A stretch of 63,120 nucleotides of DNA, filler included, from Craspedostauros australis (GCA_030167865.1; 6 parts of 6 records of this genome joined end to end with filler, not necessarily neighbours in it), one strand, 5' to 3'. Shown: positions 46,388 through 58,977, counted from the first letter of the whole stretch. Translations and numbers: made by a program. Notes: generated from the sequence alone by a model not told the origin.

Positions 46388-49300
46388 TTATTCGATATCG
46401 AATCCAGTTCCTGACAGCGTCACCGCTTGTTTCAGCTTTTCATACAGCTCCTTCTTTGATGAATAATTCGGCAGGTCGATGCGGTTGAAGCAGGTGCTGT
46501 TATTGGTTGTATTCGACGATGGCGACAGTGATGTTTGATTGAAAATTAATCGGATGCATACAATTGAGTGGGTGAGTGATAGTTGGATGTAGAGAGAGAG
46601 AGAGAGGAAACTCGCTGGGCCAAAAGAGCAAAGAGCAATCGGGAAGCGCACCACCACACGACGACGCATCTGACTTACTGCGCTCTCGGGTACATGTACT
46701 GCTGCCGATCGACACCATGGATGCAAAATTTCTTAATGTTGCCATCGTTGCCCTGCAGGACGGAGAAGCCTCTGGTTGGGACGCCGGATGTTCCTGTCAC
46801 AAACTGCAGTAATCGCGCCTTCATTTCCTGATCAAAGTCGTCGTTGACGACCTCCCAGAACCACTTGACGCATTGATCGCGCTTGCCCTTCAATTCCAAA
46901 AGGCCGCTGTAGATGGTGTTGCTCTGCCAATCCTCCATGTCGATGGTTGGGAGACCGCACAGGATAAGCTCCAGCTCGTTGGCGTCGAAGACGGTCAGGG
47001 CTGGCTCCGGCACGATGTCGAAGAATCCAAGCAGCATCTCCGTTAGCTGTGGCTTGGTTCTGTCCATCATGCGATATCTGAGGTTGGCTTCGAGGTACTG
47101 CGAAAGGTTATCTTTTGTGACCTCCTTCATGTTGCCGCCGGGGATGAGTTCTACGTCCCGTCGCACTCCCAGCGTCTCTTCGGTGACAGTGAAATCCAGA
47201 CACATGACGCTGAGATCGTCCATCGTGGTGAACTTCTTCAGCGACTGGTAGTACTCCTCATCCTGCGCCTCCAGATCTTCGAACGTGATGGGCCATCCGA
47301 GCATGTGCTTGTACAGGTGCCGGACCATGTGGCCCTTCATTAGTTGACGGTCGAATAGCGCCCGGCCCATGATGCGGCCGAGGAATCTGAAGTACACCAG
47401 ATGGTCATCGGGACATGATACGTCTGTGTTGCGGCAAGGTTGGTCGATGGAAAAAGGGTGCGCGTTGGAGGAGTATGCATTTCAGATGATGGAAACCGTG
47501 GTTGGTCGATGGTCATGAACGAGAAAAAGGAAAAGCATGGGTGAGCATCACATTCACAATCGCACACGCTTTGCGTATGATGTACACAACACAACACAGT
47601 ATAACACCATGTTGCGTCACAATGGACTTACTGCTGGCCGGATTGATCTGCATGCACATTTGGTTGTTGACGGAGGACTGCCACAGACCAAAGTCGGGAT
47701 CGAATATCTGCTCCGACACCAGCTGGAACCATTCGCGCGTGACGCCGCCGGCATCGATGGCTGGTTCGTTCAAGAATTCGATGCGCCATCTCTTGCGCAT
47801 CTCGTCCCTGCCCAGCGACATGACGGCATCGACGGAATCACTGAGCAAGGCTCGTCGACGAATGACGAGCTTGACATGGCCTTCCTCCCATGGCGACGTC
47901 AGCTGCGAGCAGATGCTTTGGAACCATTGCGTCTTCTCTTCCAGCGGCTTCGTTTGGTTGGTTGCGATGTCGGCATACCCCAGGAGGGACTTGTTCTGAT
48001 GCACGAGCCGCGAATCCACGGCGGCTTCGTTTGCGGGAACGAGCTGGACCGTTCCAGTCCTCATGCGCGCATCGTTGCCTTCGAGGAAGGTGAGCTTTCG
48101 CACGTAGGCGGACTTGGAGAAGTCGAAGGATTCCATGCCGTCGACGTCGATGCCGAGAGTGTCGCCATCGACGGGGTGCTTGCCGGTCTGCTTCTTGGTT
48201 CGCACCCACTGGAACTTGAGATCTTCCGCGCGGATAGTGCGCGTCCAGCCGCCCTTCTCGCTTTCGTAGGACAGCTGGATGCCGCCCACGACCTGCTGGA
48301 CAGGCAGTTGGAATCTGATCTTTTGGCCTGACACGACGTTGGGTGGGCACGTGACCAAGACGCGCTGGCCGTTGGCCATCAGCGTGAAGGGTTGGTTTGG
48401 TCGCACGCCTGCGGGAACTGTAACTTCGAACACTTGAGTCTTGGGTGCTGCCATCGGCTCTTTTTGGGTTGGCGGCATGATGCGCACCTTCATGTTTGGT
48501 CCGGCATTCGGTGGGCATGTAACTGTGATGATAGATAGATAGATGAAGAGAACGGTACGATATGCAATCCCGAAATTGAACGGAGCGCAGTATTTCGTTA
48601 GACAGGATCATGGAAACAATGAAACAAGCGATAACAAGTTGGAGGCAACAACACATCATAAGAGCATCTTGCACTGCGCTTCTCGTCGAAGGTGAATGTG
48701 CGCGTTTCCATTGGACCTGAGCAAGTCCCATCCCCTCCATGCTGTCGCATGGTCGCTACTTACCCATGAATCGTTGCGACTGGATGTTGACCTTGAACTG
48801 CATGCCGGCGTAGATGTTGGGTGGGATGGTGACGAGGTAGGTCTGCGCGGTGCCTCCCGACTCTTCGGCTGCCTGATTGACCCTCCTGACATCCTTCGTC
48901 ATGGATATGGCGCCGCCGCCCGCTTCTCCGGTGGACGTGAGCGGCGCGACTTTGAGGAGATGGTTGTGCGTGACAGGTTCCGGTGGCAATGTGATCTGCA
49001 AGGATTGTCCCGCACGCGACGTCGGAGGGCATCGTACACGAACCCTTCGGGCGCCTGCATGCACGGTGAAGTCGGCTCCTGGTCGAACGCCCGCAGGCAC
49101 CGTGACACGGAAGACCTGCGCGGATCCGGTGGATGTTCTGGTGACCGCGTAAGCACCGGGCCTCGATGTTTCGGAAGAGGCGGCGGCGCCTGGCGCTCCT
49201 GCTCCGGTGGCTGAGCGTCTGAGCGCGTTGCCTGGTGCTTGCGGTGCGGAAGGAGTCCTGGTGTTGGAGGATGGTGCTGCCTGCCTCGGAGCGCTTCCTT

Positions 49301-49616
49301 GCACGACTGGGGTTTGGTACCTGGCGTTTGGTGGTGGCCGCGATGCCACGCTGCCTGTTCGCGGGGGTTGCGTGGGCATGGAAGGACCTGAGGGATTGCG
49401 TGCTGGCGAAGCGGCTGGAGATGGCGCCGATGACGAGGAGGAGGCCGCCAGTCTCTGTCCTGGGTAGACGTGTCGCGAGCGGCGTTGCTGTGAAGATGTT
49501 GAGGCTGACGGTGGTGCGGACGAGGGAATGGCGGGGTTGTTGCTGTTATTGTCGCTGCTGTTGTTCGAGTTCCTCGAGCCGCTGTTGCCCGAGCCCATGA
49601 TCCGAAAGAGAGGCAT
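46388..49616 (-). CDS. HECT-type E3 ubiquitin ligase; exons 49616-48764, 48522-47632, 47423-46679, 46496-46388
   Basis: IEFLNEPAIDAGGVTREWF, YFRFLGRIMGRALFD, LLQFVTGTSGVP, catalytic RAHTCFNRIDLP, C-terminal GFDIE. Three GTAAGT...CAG introns, all phase-compatible. Confidence 0.95.
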
Positions 49617-52600
49617 GGTGCTTGTTCGTTGCTGCGTCTGTGCAGTTGTCTCTATCTGTCTGTGTCTTTGTGGCTGCTCCGGATGGGCCGATCGATGTCG
49701 GGTCGCGGAGTGTCAAGCACTGTGAAGGTTGTGAGCTCTGCTGTGGTTGTCACTGTCACTGTTGCTGTGGTTGTTGTGTGTCAGTGCTAGCCTCGTCGAT
49801 CTATCCGCACGACTATGCAGGTGGGAGTCCCTGTTGGCCCTCTTCTTTCTGCGGTGTGATTCCCGCCGCTCCGTTTCGCACCCTTCCAGTTTCAGCGGAT
49901 GCTCGTCCTGTGGGATCAAGTGAAGAGACTTGGCTGCTGTTGTTGCTGACGCTGCTGTTGATGCGATCCAATTCGATGCAATCCGAAGCAGAGACCAGAT
50001 GTATGTATGCACTCGTTCTCTCTAGGGAGAATAATGTCGATAGTGTATGTAGCGGTAATGCAACACCAATGGATGGACGATGGATGGACAATGGCGCGGT
50101 GTGGGTGTTGGTAGGAAGGGCGGATGTGAAGTGTTCCGCCTGGGATGGTTTCCTGCTGTGCTCTGCTGCTGAGTCTTACTTCTTGTTCGTGGTTTGTCGC
50201 GGTGTTGTTCTGCAACGTTCTTGTCGCGTTGAGCGATTTTGGTCGGTCCTCGTGTCCGACTGTGGGATTCAGCGGCGCCGCAAAACAAGGCAGAGCGCTC
50301 TCTTTTCGAATGCACAAACACGCTGTTGTTGCTCAATGAATCACAAAACTCCAAGGCCCTATCAGAAGCGCTTCTTTCGTTTTGTTGTTGTAGTTGATGC
50401 TGTTGATGCCTCAAAGTATAAAGTCAATCCGTTCGCTGTTGTGAGCCCTGGTGGATTGTCTTTGATGTTTCAATCATTCGTGAGCTGTGTTCGCTTGGGT
50501 TGCTTCCGCTGCTACTGTGTCTGTTTTGTCTGATTCGTCTGTCTTCTCTTGCTGCTCGCTGAAGTCGTGGATGGTCCCGTCGGTAATTCCCGCGGATGAT
50601 GCGCGACGTTGCTCGATGATGGAAGGAGAGGCGTCGTCCGTTGGTCTTGCTGATGGTCTTGATCGAGCGGAGGATGCTGTTGTCGGTGTTGATGCTGATG
50701 ATGATGCTGATGATGATGCTCCTCTCTGCTCTGTCTCTCTGGAGTTGATCTTGTTCTTGCCCTTTTGTTGCGGAGGAGGCGATGGTCCTGTTTTTGCAAT
50801 TCGGCACATGGGAGCCACTCGCACGCTGAAGTGTCTCGCTCTCTCTGTGTGGACAACGGTTTCTACCTCTCGCAGGCCTCTCTGCGCACGTTGTGGAGTT
50901 TCGGCGTTTTCTGTCTCCTTGCTCCGCGCAACGGCGCACCATGAGGATTTGGCCGTTTGGCTCCGATCCCGTCTCGCAACGTCCTCGCGCGTGCTTTTCT
51001 TCCACACCGCCGTGTCCAAATTAAGTCGTGCTCTTCATTCGGCGCCTGTGCTCCGCTGACTCGATATTTAGTGATTGTGCCAAAAAGAACACACAGGGAC
51101 ATCCCAAACGACTCCATGTTGTTCCAACGAAACCCTCGCGGAAGCACGCAGACAGACGTCTGTCCTGCTGTCCGAAAGTGCACGGGAAAACTCGGGAGCG
51201 GAAAATTCAGCCGGTATCTTGCCATGCGGCATCCTCGATCTTCTTTGTGGCAACGACAGATTCTTTCGGCCATGTGGACTCGTGCGAAGAAGGTCGGCAA
51301 CTTGGGGAGTGAAGGCGCCCCTTGATCCTTGGTCGTCGACAATGTCAGAACCTCCATGGCATGGAATGCGGTGGCATGGAGTGCGATGGCAATGGTATCA
51401 TGATGTTGCGTCAAACTTGTGTGGTATTCTATGTCCGTCGCCAAATCTATTGCGACGTGCGATTACGTCGTCTCTCTTCCATGTCAGTCGCGACGATACC
51501 TTCGCTCCTGGGGGATGATGCGAGCATGTCGCATGGACCCCACCTTACCACGTTCAACTCTGCGATTCTGTGACTCCACTCCGCCACAATCAGCCTAATT
51601 CCATCGCTGTCACCGTGTTCGCTGCCCCCGTCGCTTTTTCATGGCTGCCCATGAAGCGCCTCTTCTGATGCCACTTCCGGCTTCGCAACGGACATCGTTT
51701 CATCGACAACTTGGCGCGCTCACCGCAGTGCACAGAATGCCCATGGTGTGCCCGCGATCTGTCGAAGACAAGGACGGCGCTACTGGAACAAGGTCGTAAC
51801 GTGGCGCACGCAAATGACAACGAAGAGGTCCATCACAATGCCCGGCAGGTCGTCGCGCAAGATGGTGATGAAGCACGGGCCGTCAGCAAGCACGGGCGAG
51901 ACTGTAGCTTGTGCAGGCGATCATATGGATGCCCTGGAGAGGATGCAGATCGACGTTGCAGTGTCCGATCATCGTGCACGAGGCCTGGATCTGGGACGAC
52001 GTGAGCATGACCGCGACGACGTGGACGCTGTGCGTGTCGCATGGTCTGCATCGTGGTTGCGCTGTCGTCGCCGTGCGTGCGTGAATGAAGTCCTGAGACG
52101 ACGCTTCTGAATTGTCGATGACTGCGTGCCGGATCTCATGGTGGAACAAGCTTCAGCACATGGCAACAATCTCGAGGCCGACGGGGGAGCGTCACGACGT
52201 GACAAAACCACTCAAGCATGGACCGAGGCTCGTACCATTCAGCGTAGTACTTCACACGAGGTGGAGGGACCTGGAACCTGATGCAAAACGGAGGCCATCA
52301 TGTCGGCGAAGATAGCAATCCCCAGGATAGCGGCGAGAGTGCCAGCCGCCACGAGATTGCAAGCGTGCCTTTTTGGATTGACTTGGACAGGATTCTTGAA
52401 GGAGACCATGGTGATGACTTGATGACTTGGTGCAACATCATATGCGAGAGAGCTTGGATGTGTCTGTTTTGTGAGTGAGCATGCCTATCATTTTTGGTGT
52501 TGCATCCGTTCTCGATCTCAGTTTCGTTTCTCTATGCACTCTCGTGGAGTCTGTCGAAGTTGTCCCCATGCCGCTTCTTGCGGGAGATGCTGTTCCTCTT

Positions 52601-52680
52601 CTACTGCTTGTGCCATCGAAGAGTCACGGAGGATGGGTCGCTGGGAGTTGCTGCATCGTACTACTATTATATCAGTTCTC

Positions 52681-55557
52681 TAGACATTCCATACTTCTCA
52701 CCAACCACAACACGCAGTCATAATCAAAATCACAGCAAACACCTCCCAATCAATCAACCAACCATCTCCCTTTTCCATTCCACTCGTACCACAACACACT
52801 CACATGCACCAGAGTATCAATAATGTCTTCATGCGCTGTTCTAATTACTTGACGAGCAGATGTTTCGAAGGCCATCCAGGATCGCATCAATCATCGATGT
52901 GTCTTTCTTTTCCACATCGCAAGCAGAAGCATCATCAACTCGGACGAGCCGATCCGATCTCTTGTCATCCCATGCCTGTTTCAATGTGTCACTGCCCTGC
53001 AGCAGAACGTGAAAAGCCTCGCTCATGGGATCCATTGTACCCATCGCACCCCCACATTTGTTTGTTCTCATCAGCATCTCCCCAAACAGGGCCTGTGGCC
53101 GCGACCATGTTGGAAGGGAACCCAGCAATACTCTCACCTTGTTGCGATGATTTCGCTGCAAGATACGTTCAACAAGTGCATCGTACGAATGGGCATGTTC
53201 GTCAGGCGGGTGTGGATATGTGTTGAGATGGACGAGTTGGGTAGTCTGCTCCAAGGCTTGCTCAAGTGCTTCCATTTGTGCCGAGGGGGTTTCAGGCCAA
53301 ACTCCAAATATGGCAGGATTCCAGAACTCCGAGTATGTGAGAGATGACAAGCTCTTGTTTCCCAGGAGCGATATCAAAATGTCGAACCATGTATCTTGTT
53401 CTTGTCGCGATAACCCGTTCCAAATACCGAAAACCGTGAGCTCCTTCAGGTGTGATGCATCTGAAAGGAGTTTGATGATCTGGTCGATTTCTTGTGAGGA
53501 GAATTGTTGGGCGCTGTGGACCATACAGAAAATAATGTTGAGCTTGTTGATGTGTTTGTTTGACTGGAATAGCTTTGCCAAGCTATCACAAGTGACGCGG
53601 GTGCCCACAAAGGATATTTCGGTGACGCGACAATTGTTTGGAGACACCCATCTGCACAAATCAGCGCCCCCATTGGCAAGCCTACAGTTTCGAAACTCAA
53701 CCCACTTCGAGTTTTGGGAGATGTTGAACATGAGCTTGTCACAATCAACAAGATCACATGAATCCAATTCCACACGATGTGTCACAAGAGGGATATCGTG
53801 GAGCTGTTTCATCTTCACGAAGCATTGACTCAAGCTGATGCCTTCGTCGAATGAAGATTCGGGTGGGTGTTCGGTAGCCAATCGAAGTACGAAGCGAATC
53901 GCTTGCTTGTCTTCTTCTCCCAATTGGCCATCGCTGCTGAAGTCCAGAGTCAGGGACCCAATACGCATCCGCTTGTAGCCCTGGCGATTCGAATCGCTCA
54001 GTAGAACATGAGGTGAGAAAGCAACGTAGTTGTGCTGCCGCTCCATTGATTCCAAGTCAGGAAAAGTGAATCCTGCTTCGATGGCCATGTCCCAGTATTC
54101 CATCCGCTTGGGTGTGATACTGTAGCAGTCGATCTGCTCTACGTGTGGGCACTGCGTGTTGAACACGATCTTCGGTGGCAGCTCTTTGCCATGGAGTTGT
54201 TTCCAGAAAGTCTTGAAGTCCGGATCATGGTTGGTCTTGGTATTGGTGTTGGCGACAGCATCCATGTTGCGGTTCATCCTTTTCTTGTTGTCGCTGTTGT
54301 TGCTGTTGGTGGTCGTACCTGTTGCTGATTATTGCTGTTGGTGGTACAATCGTACGAGTAGAGTAGGTAGAGTAGGCAGAGCTGGTAGAGTATGTGGTCC
54401 CAAATCAGTTTCGCTTGGACGGCGATTATGAGCTCATCTGCTCAAGTTTGCTGTCTTCCATTTCATGATCCGGTGCACTCGTCATGAAGGGATCTACCAT
54501 CAGTCAACACGCCTGCATGGACTTGCACAGTTCCACCGCGGTGTATGGCGTGGTGTGGTGTGGTGCGACCGTGGACAGTCACATCATTATCCGAAGCTAG
54601 CTCGCTCGCTTGCACGATGCGACCTTCGATGGTGCCCGACTTGGTCACGCTGTGCAGTTGTGCCTCTTCATGTGATACCATTGTTTGTGTAATATGAGTA
54701 GGCACATCCCTCTGTGATGGTCTTGGGGGGTCAACCACGATACCATGATATTATACTCCGATCGATACACTTCTTCGGGAGTTGGATGTTATCGAACGAC
54801 TCCGATGGGCAGATCCACGATGTGGAGAATCCACCCACGATGACTTCTTCTGTGGACATCAGAGGCGGTTCTCGAGTTTTGCGGCGAGGATGGTGACGAT
54901 GATGAGCATGACACCATTCGTGTTTCAATCGACAACAAACGTATCCAGGACTCATCTTGTCTTACCAATCATTGCGAACTCTCTGTGGCGAGCGAACGAA
55001 CGAACGAACTATCAGCCTCATGACCAACACGGAGCGTGTGCGAGAGGATTCGTTGTGTGGCGGTGGCGATGGCGATGGCGGCGACGATGATAGCCATGGT
55101 GGTGGTGCTGCAGACATCGCTGCAGAATACTGACGCAGATCGTCACAACCGCAATGCTCACATGATGATCACCGTTGCCATCAAGTGTCAATTCACAGAG
55201 CATACCAATACTCTGTCTCGCTCGTTCTCTCTCTCTCTCTCTCTCTCTCTGTCTCCAGAGAGAGAGAGAGACTTCGAACAATGCCGGCTGGTTGACTTGG
55301 TTCCTCACTCATTGACTGCCCAACCACAGAGACAGCCACAACCAGAAGAATCACAGCAATGCCAGCATTGACAACAAGGACAGCAATGACACCAACGACG
55401 TGATTGATGCATCAAAAGAGGATGATTGGTGCCATCTTCATCGCGTGCATGGCGGTGGCAACGAACTCACTGTCATCACCATCCCTGTCATCCCCGTCAT
55501 CCTCATTCCAACGCAGAAGCAGCAGCAGCAATGAGAGTGAGAGTGGGAACCACCAAC
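52681..55557. repeat. Tandem segmental duplication, unit 1
   Basis: Collinear with 56336-58977 from TAGA(C/T)ATTCCATACTTCTCACCAACCACAACACGCA to GAACCACCAAC, including intergenic DNA. Confidence 0.92.
52841..54277 (-). CDS. Hypothetical LRR/RNI-like protein, paralogue A (478 aa)
   Basis: Intact ORF with degenerate LRR-like segments (HINKLNI, HLKELTV, SLSSLTY, QLVHLN); clear paralogue of 56453-57907. Confidence 0.8.
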   Translation of the reverse strand: MNRNMDAVANTNTKTNHDPDFKTFWKQLHGKELPPKIVFNTQCPHVEQIDCYSITPKRMEYWDMAIEAGFTFPDLESMERQHNYVAFSPHVLLSDSNRQGYKRMRIGSLTLDFSSDGQLGEEDKQAIRFVLRLATEHPPESSFDEGISLSQCFVKMKQLHDIPLVTHRVELDSCDLVDCDKLMFNISQNSKWVEFRNCRLANGGADLCRWVSPNNCRVTEISFVGTRVTCDSLAKLFQSNKHINKLNIIFCMVHSAQQFSSQEIDQIIKLLSDASHLKELTVFGIWNGLSRQEQDTWFDILISLLGNKSLSSLTYSEFWNPAIFGVWPETPSAQMEALEQALEQTTQLVHLNTYPHPPDEHAHSYDALVERILQRNHRNKVRVLLGSLPTWSRPQALFGEMLMRTNKCGGAMGTMDPMSEAFHVLLQGSDTLKQAWDDKRSDRLVRVDDASACDVEKKDTSMIDAILDGLRNICSSSN

Positions 55558-56264
55558 CAATACGGAAGAATACCGTGATCGGCGGTGGCATCGCCGGTCT
55601 CTCCTTGGCGCATGCTTTCGAGAACATCAGCAATACCGACAACATCGACAACAACGTCGCTTGGAAGGCACGATCCGAGGCCGAGCGCATCCAGCAACAG
55701 GTACGACAGCAGATCAATGATGCCAAGATCCCCACGCACACCACAAGGCCCATCATCGATCGACTCATCGACAATGCCGATCGTTTCTTCGAGTTGGGGA
55801 TCTACTTCCACAAGCCCTTTGCGTGATGGACCAAGGCGATGATGGCCACCCACGGCAACCGCAATGGAAGCACTTGCAAAGACGCAGATGTGGAGAAGGC
55901 CGCCATCCTGACTGTCTGTGGTGATGCGGCGCGCGCCATGCCACCGTTCCTTGGACTGGGCGCCAATCAGGCCATCCAAAACGCCTACTGTCTGGCCAAC
56001 GCCATCCAGCAATGCAATATGCAGCACAATGAACAAGCCAATGGTGGCAACAGCCTCAAAGACATCCTGCAGATAGAATACATGGACAAGCGATGGTCTA
56101 CCGCCACGAGCATCACGGCCATCACGGCCAAGGCTGGATTGCTGGGATATCCGGAGGCCTTGTCGGGGCCGTTGGCCAAGGTTCGGGATGTGTTCTTCTT
56201 CACCATGGACAAGACGGGCATTGCGAAGAAGATCTTTCTGGATGCCGCAGTGCCGAGGGTATGA
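55386..56264 (+). pseudogene. FAD-dependent monooxygenase pseudogene (internally deleted, two in-frame TGA stops)
   Basis: VIGGGIAGLSLAHAF (FAD fingerprint) and CGDAARAMPPFLGLGANQAIQNA (GD motif) lie in one frame. TGA at 55401 and 55824; the middle of the domain is missing. Confidence 0.8.
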
Positions 56265-56452
56265 GAATGTATGGAGCGGTGTGAAATCGCGTTGTGGCGC
56301 AGATAGATTCTGTGGACGCTTGTGCTTTTTGTTAATAGATATTCCATACTTCTCACCAACCACAACACGCAATCATCTCCCTTGTTCCATCCTACTCGTA
56401 CAACAGCACACTCACAAGCACCAGAGTATCAATACTGTCTTCATAAGCCGTT

Positions 56453-57907
56453 CTAAGTACTCGACGAGGAGAGTGCTCCAAGGCAATCCAGGATCGCACC
56501 AATCGTCGACGTGCCTTTCTTTCGCTCACTGCAAGCGGGAGCATCATCAACTCGGACGAGCCGATCCGATCTCTTGTCATCCCACGCCTGTTTCAACGTT
56601 TCACTGCCTTGCAGCAGAATGTTAAAAGTCTCGCTCATGGGATCCATTGTACCCATTAGACCAATTGCATCCGTTGTACCCCGACGTTTGCTTGTTCTCA
56701 TCAGCATCTCCCCAAACAGAGCCAGTGGCCTCGACCATGTCGGAAGGGAACACAGCACCGCTCTCACCTTGTTGTGATGATTTCGCCGCAAGCTATGTTC
56801 AACAAGCGCATCGTACGAATGGGCATGTTCGTCGGGCGGGCGTGGATCCATGTGGAGATAGGTGAGTTGGGTAGTCTGCTCCAAGGCTTGCTGAAGTACT
56901 TCCATTTGTGCTGAGTGGGTCTCAGGCGGAACTTCAAACATGCTGGGATTCCCAACGGCATGGTATCTGAGATATGACAAGCTCTTGTTTCTCACGAGCG
57001 ATATCAATGAGTCGAACCTTGTCATCTGCTCTGGCTCCAATACCCTGTTCCAAAGACCGGAAACACTGAGCTTCTTCAGGTGTGATGCATCTGAAAGAAG
57101 TTGGATGATCTGGTCAATTTCTTGTGGGTGGATGTGTTGGGCGCTGTGGGCCAGACAGAAATTGATGTTGAGCTTGTTGATGCGCTTGTTTGACTGGAAT
57201 AGCTTTGCCAAGGTATCGCAAGTTATTCTGGTGCATATAAAGGCTACTTCGGTGATGCTGCAATTGTTTGGAGATAGCCATCTGCACAAATCAGCGTCTG
57301 CATTGGCGAGCTTGCAGGTCTTAAACCGAACGTATTTCGAGTTTTGTGAGATGTTGAACATGAGCTTGTCGCAATCAACAAGATCACACAACCACAAATC
57401 CACATAGTGTATCACAAGAGGGATATCGTGGAGTTGCTTCATCTCCACGAAGCCTTGAGTCAAGCAGATGGATTGTTCGAATGGAGATTTGGCTGGGTGT
57501 TCGGCAGCCAATCGAAGTACGAAGCGAATCGGTTGCTTGTCTTCTTCTCTGAATTGGTCATTGCTGCCGAATCCCAGATACAGGGATCGAATGCGCATCC
57601 GCCCGCAGCCCCTGTGAAACGAATCGCTCAGCAGAACATGAGGTGATACGGCAACGTTCTTGTGCCGCTTCACCATCGATTCCAAGTCAGCAAAGGTGAA
57701 TCCTGCTTCGATGGCCATGTCCCAGTATTCCATCCGCTTGGGTGTGACACTGAAGCACTTGATCCGCTTTGCTCGTGGGCGCTGCACATTGAACACAATC
57801 TTCGGTGATCGCCTTTTTCGATGGAGTTGTTTCCAGAATGTCTTGAAGTCCGGATCATGATCGCTGTTGGTATTGGTGTTGGCGACATCATCCATGTTGC
57901 GCTTCAT
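56453..57907 (-). CDS. Hypothetical LRR/RNI-like protein, paralogue B (484 aa)
   Basis: Intact ORF sharing TPKRMEYWDMAIEAGFTF, DLVDCDKLMFNISQNSK and LKQAWDDKRSDRLVRVDD with paralogue A. Confidence 0.8.
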   Translation of the reverse strand: MKRNMDDVANTNTNSDHDPDFKTFWKQLHRKRRSPKIVFNVQRPRAKRIKCFSVTPKRMEYWDMAIEAGFTFADLESMVKRHKNVAVSPHVLLSDSFHRGCGRMRIRSLYLGFGSNDQFREEDKQPIRFVLRLAAEHPAKSPFEQSICLTQGFVEMKQLHDIPLVIHYVDLWLCDLVDCDKLMFNISQNSKYVRFKTCKLANADADLCRWLSPNNCSITEVAFICTRITCDTLAKLFQSNKRINKLNINFCLAHSAQHIHPQEIDQIIQLLSDASHLKKLSVSGLWNRVLEPEQMTRFDSLISLVRNKSLSYLRYHAVGNPSMFEVPPETHSAQMEVLQQALEQTTQLTYLHMDPRPPDEHAHSYDALVEHSLRRNHHNKVRAVLCSLPTWSRPLALFGEMLMRTSKRRGTTDAIGLMGTMDPMSETFNILLQGSETLKQAWDDKRSDRLVRVDDAPACSERKKGTSTIGAILDCLGALSSSST

Positions 57908-58848
57908 CCTTTTCTTAATGTTGCTGTCGTCGCTATTGTTCGTGCTGCTGGTGATTGTTGTTGATTATTGTTGTTGGTGGTACAATCATACGAGTAGAGT
58001 AGGTAGAGCTGATAGAGCTGGTAGAGTATGTGGTCCCAAATCAGTTGCGCTTGGATGTCGATTATGAGCTCATCTGCTCAAGTTCGCTGTCCTCCATTCC
58101 ATGATCCTGTGCATTGGTCACGAAGCAACGTGTCGTCAGTCAACACGCCTTCATGGACTTGCGCAGTTCCACCACGGTGTGTGATATGGTGTGGTGTGGT
58201 GTGGTATGGCATGATAGTATGACCGTGGACAGCCACATCACGATTCGAAGCTGGCAAGCTCGCTCGCTCGCACGATACGACTTTCGATTGTGCCCGGCTT
58301 GGCCACGCTGCGGAGCTGGGGGGGTCAACCACGATACCATACACATGCATACTATGTACTTCGGCATTTGGATGTCATCGAACAGTTCCAATGGGCAGAT
58401 CCACGATGTGCAAAACTCACCACAACGATTCCTTCGGTGGGCGCCAGGGTCGTTTCTCGGGTTTTGTTGGAACATGGCGATGGTGGTGATGAGCATGACA
58501 CCACTCGTGTTTCAATTCGCCACAAACGTATCCAGGACTCATCTCGCCTCACCCAATCATTGCGATCTCTGTGATGACGATGATGGTCATGGTGGTGGCG
58601 CTGCAGACATCGCTGCAGAATACTGAGACAGATCGTCACAACCGCAACGCTCGCATGATGATCACTGTCACCACCAAGTGTCTATCCTCAGAGTACGATA
58701 CCAACACACACACACTCTCTCTCTCTCTGTTTCTGGAGAGAGACTTCGAACGCTGCCAGCTGGTTGACTTGGTTCCTCGCTCAATGATCGCGCAACCACA
58801 GAGACAGCCGCAACCAGCGGAATCACAGCAACGGCAGCATTAGCAGCA

Positions 58849-58977
58849 ATGGCATCGTTGATACATCAAAAGAGGATGATTGGTGCCCTCTGCATTGTGT
58901 GCATGGTGGTGGCAACGGACTCACTGTCATCACCATCCCCGACACTTTTCTTCCGCCGCGGATTGAGAACCACCAAC
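58849..58977 (+). pseudogene. 5' remnant (signal-peptide region only) of the duplicated monooxygenase gene
   Basis: MASLIHQKRMIGALCIVCMVVATDSLSSPS matches LMHQKRMIGAIFIACMAVATNSLSSPS at 55404. Confidence 0.7.

Larger units (their letters stand above)
56336..58977. repeat. Tandem segmental duplication, unit 2
   Basis: See unit 1; offset ~3655 at the left edge. Confidence 0.92.

Noticed and set aside
49622..52680. Several 100-300-aa ORFs upstream of the HECT gene
   Set aside because: Low-complexity, overlapping on both strands and with no recognisable motifs; probably UTR or intergenic.
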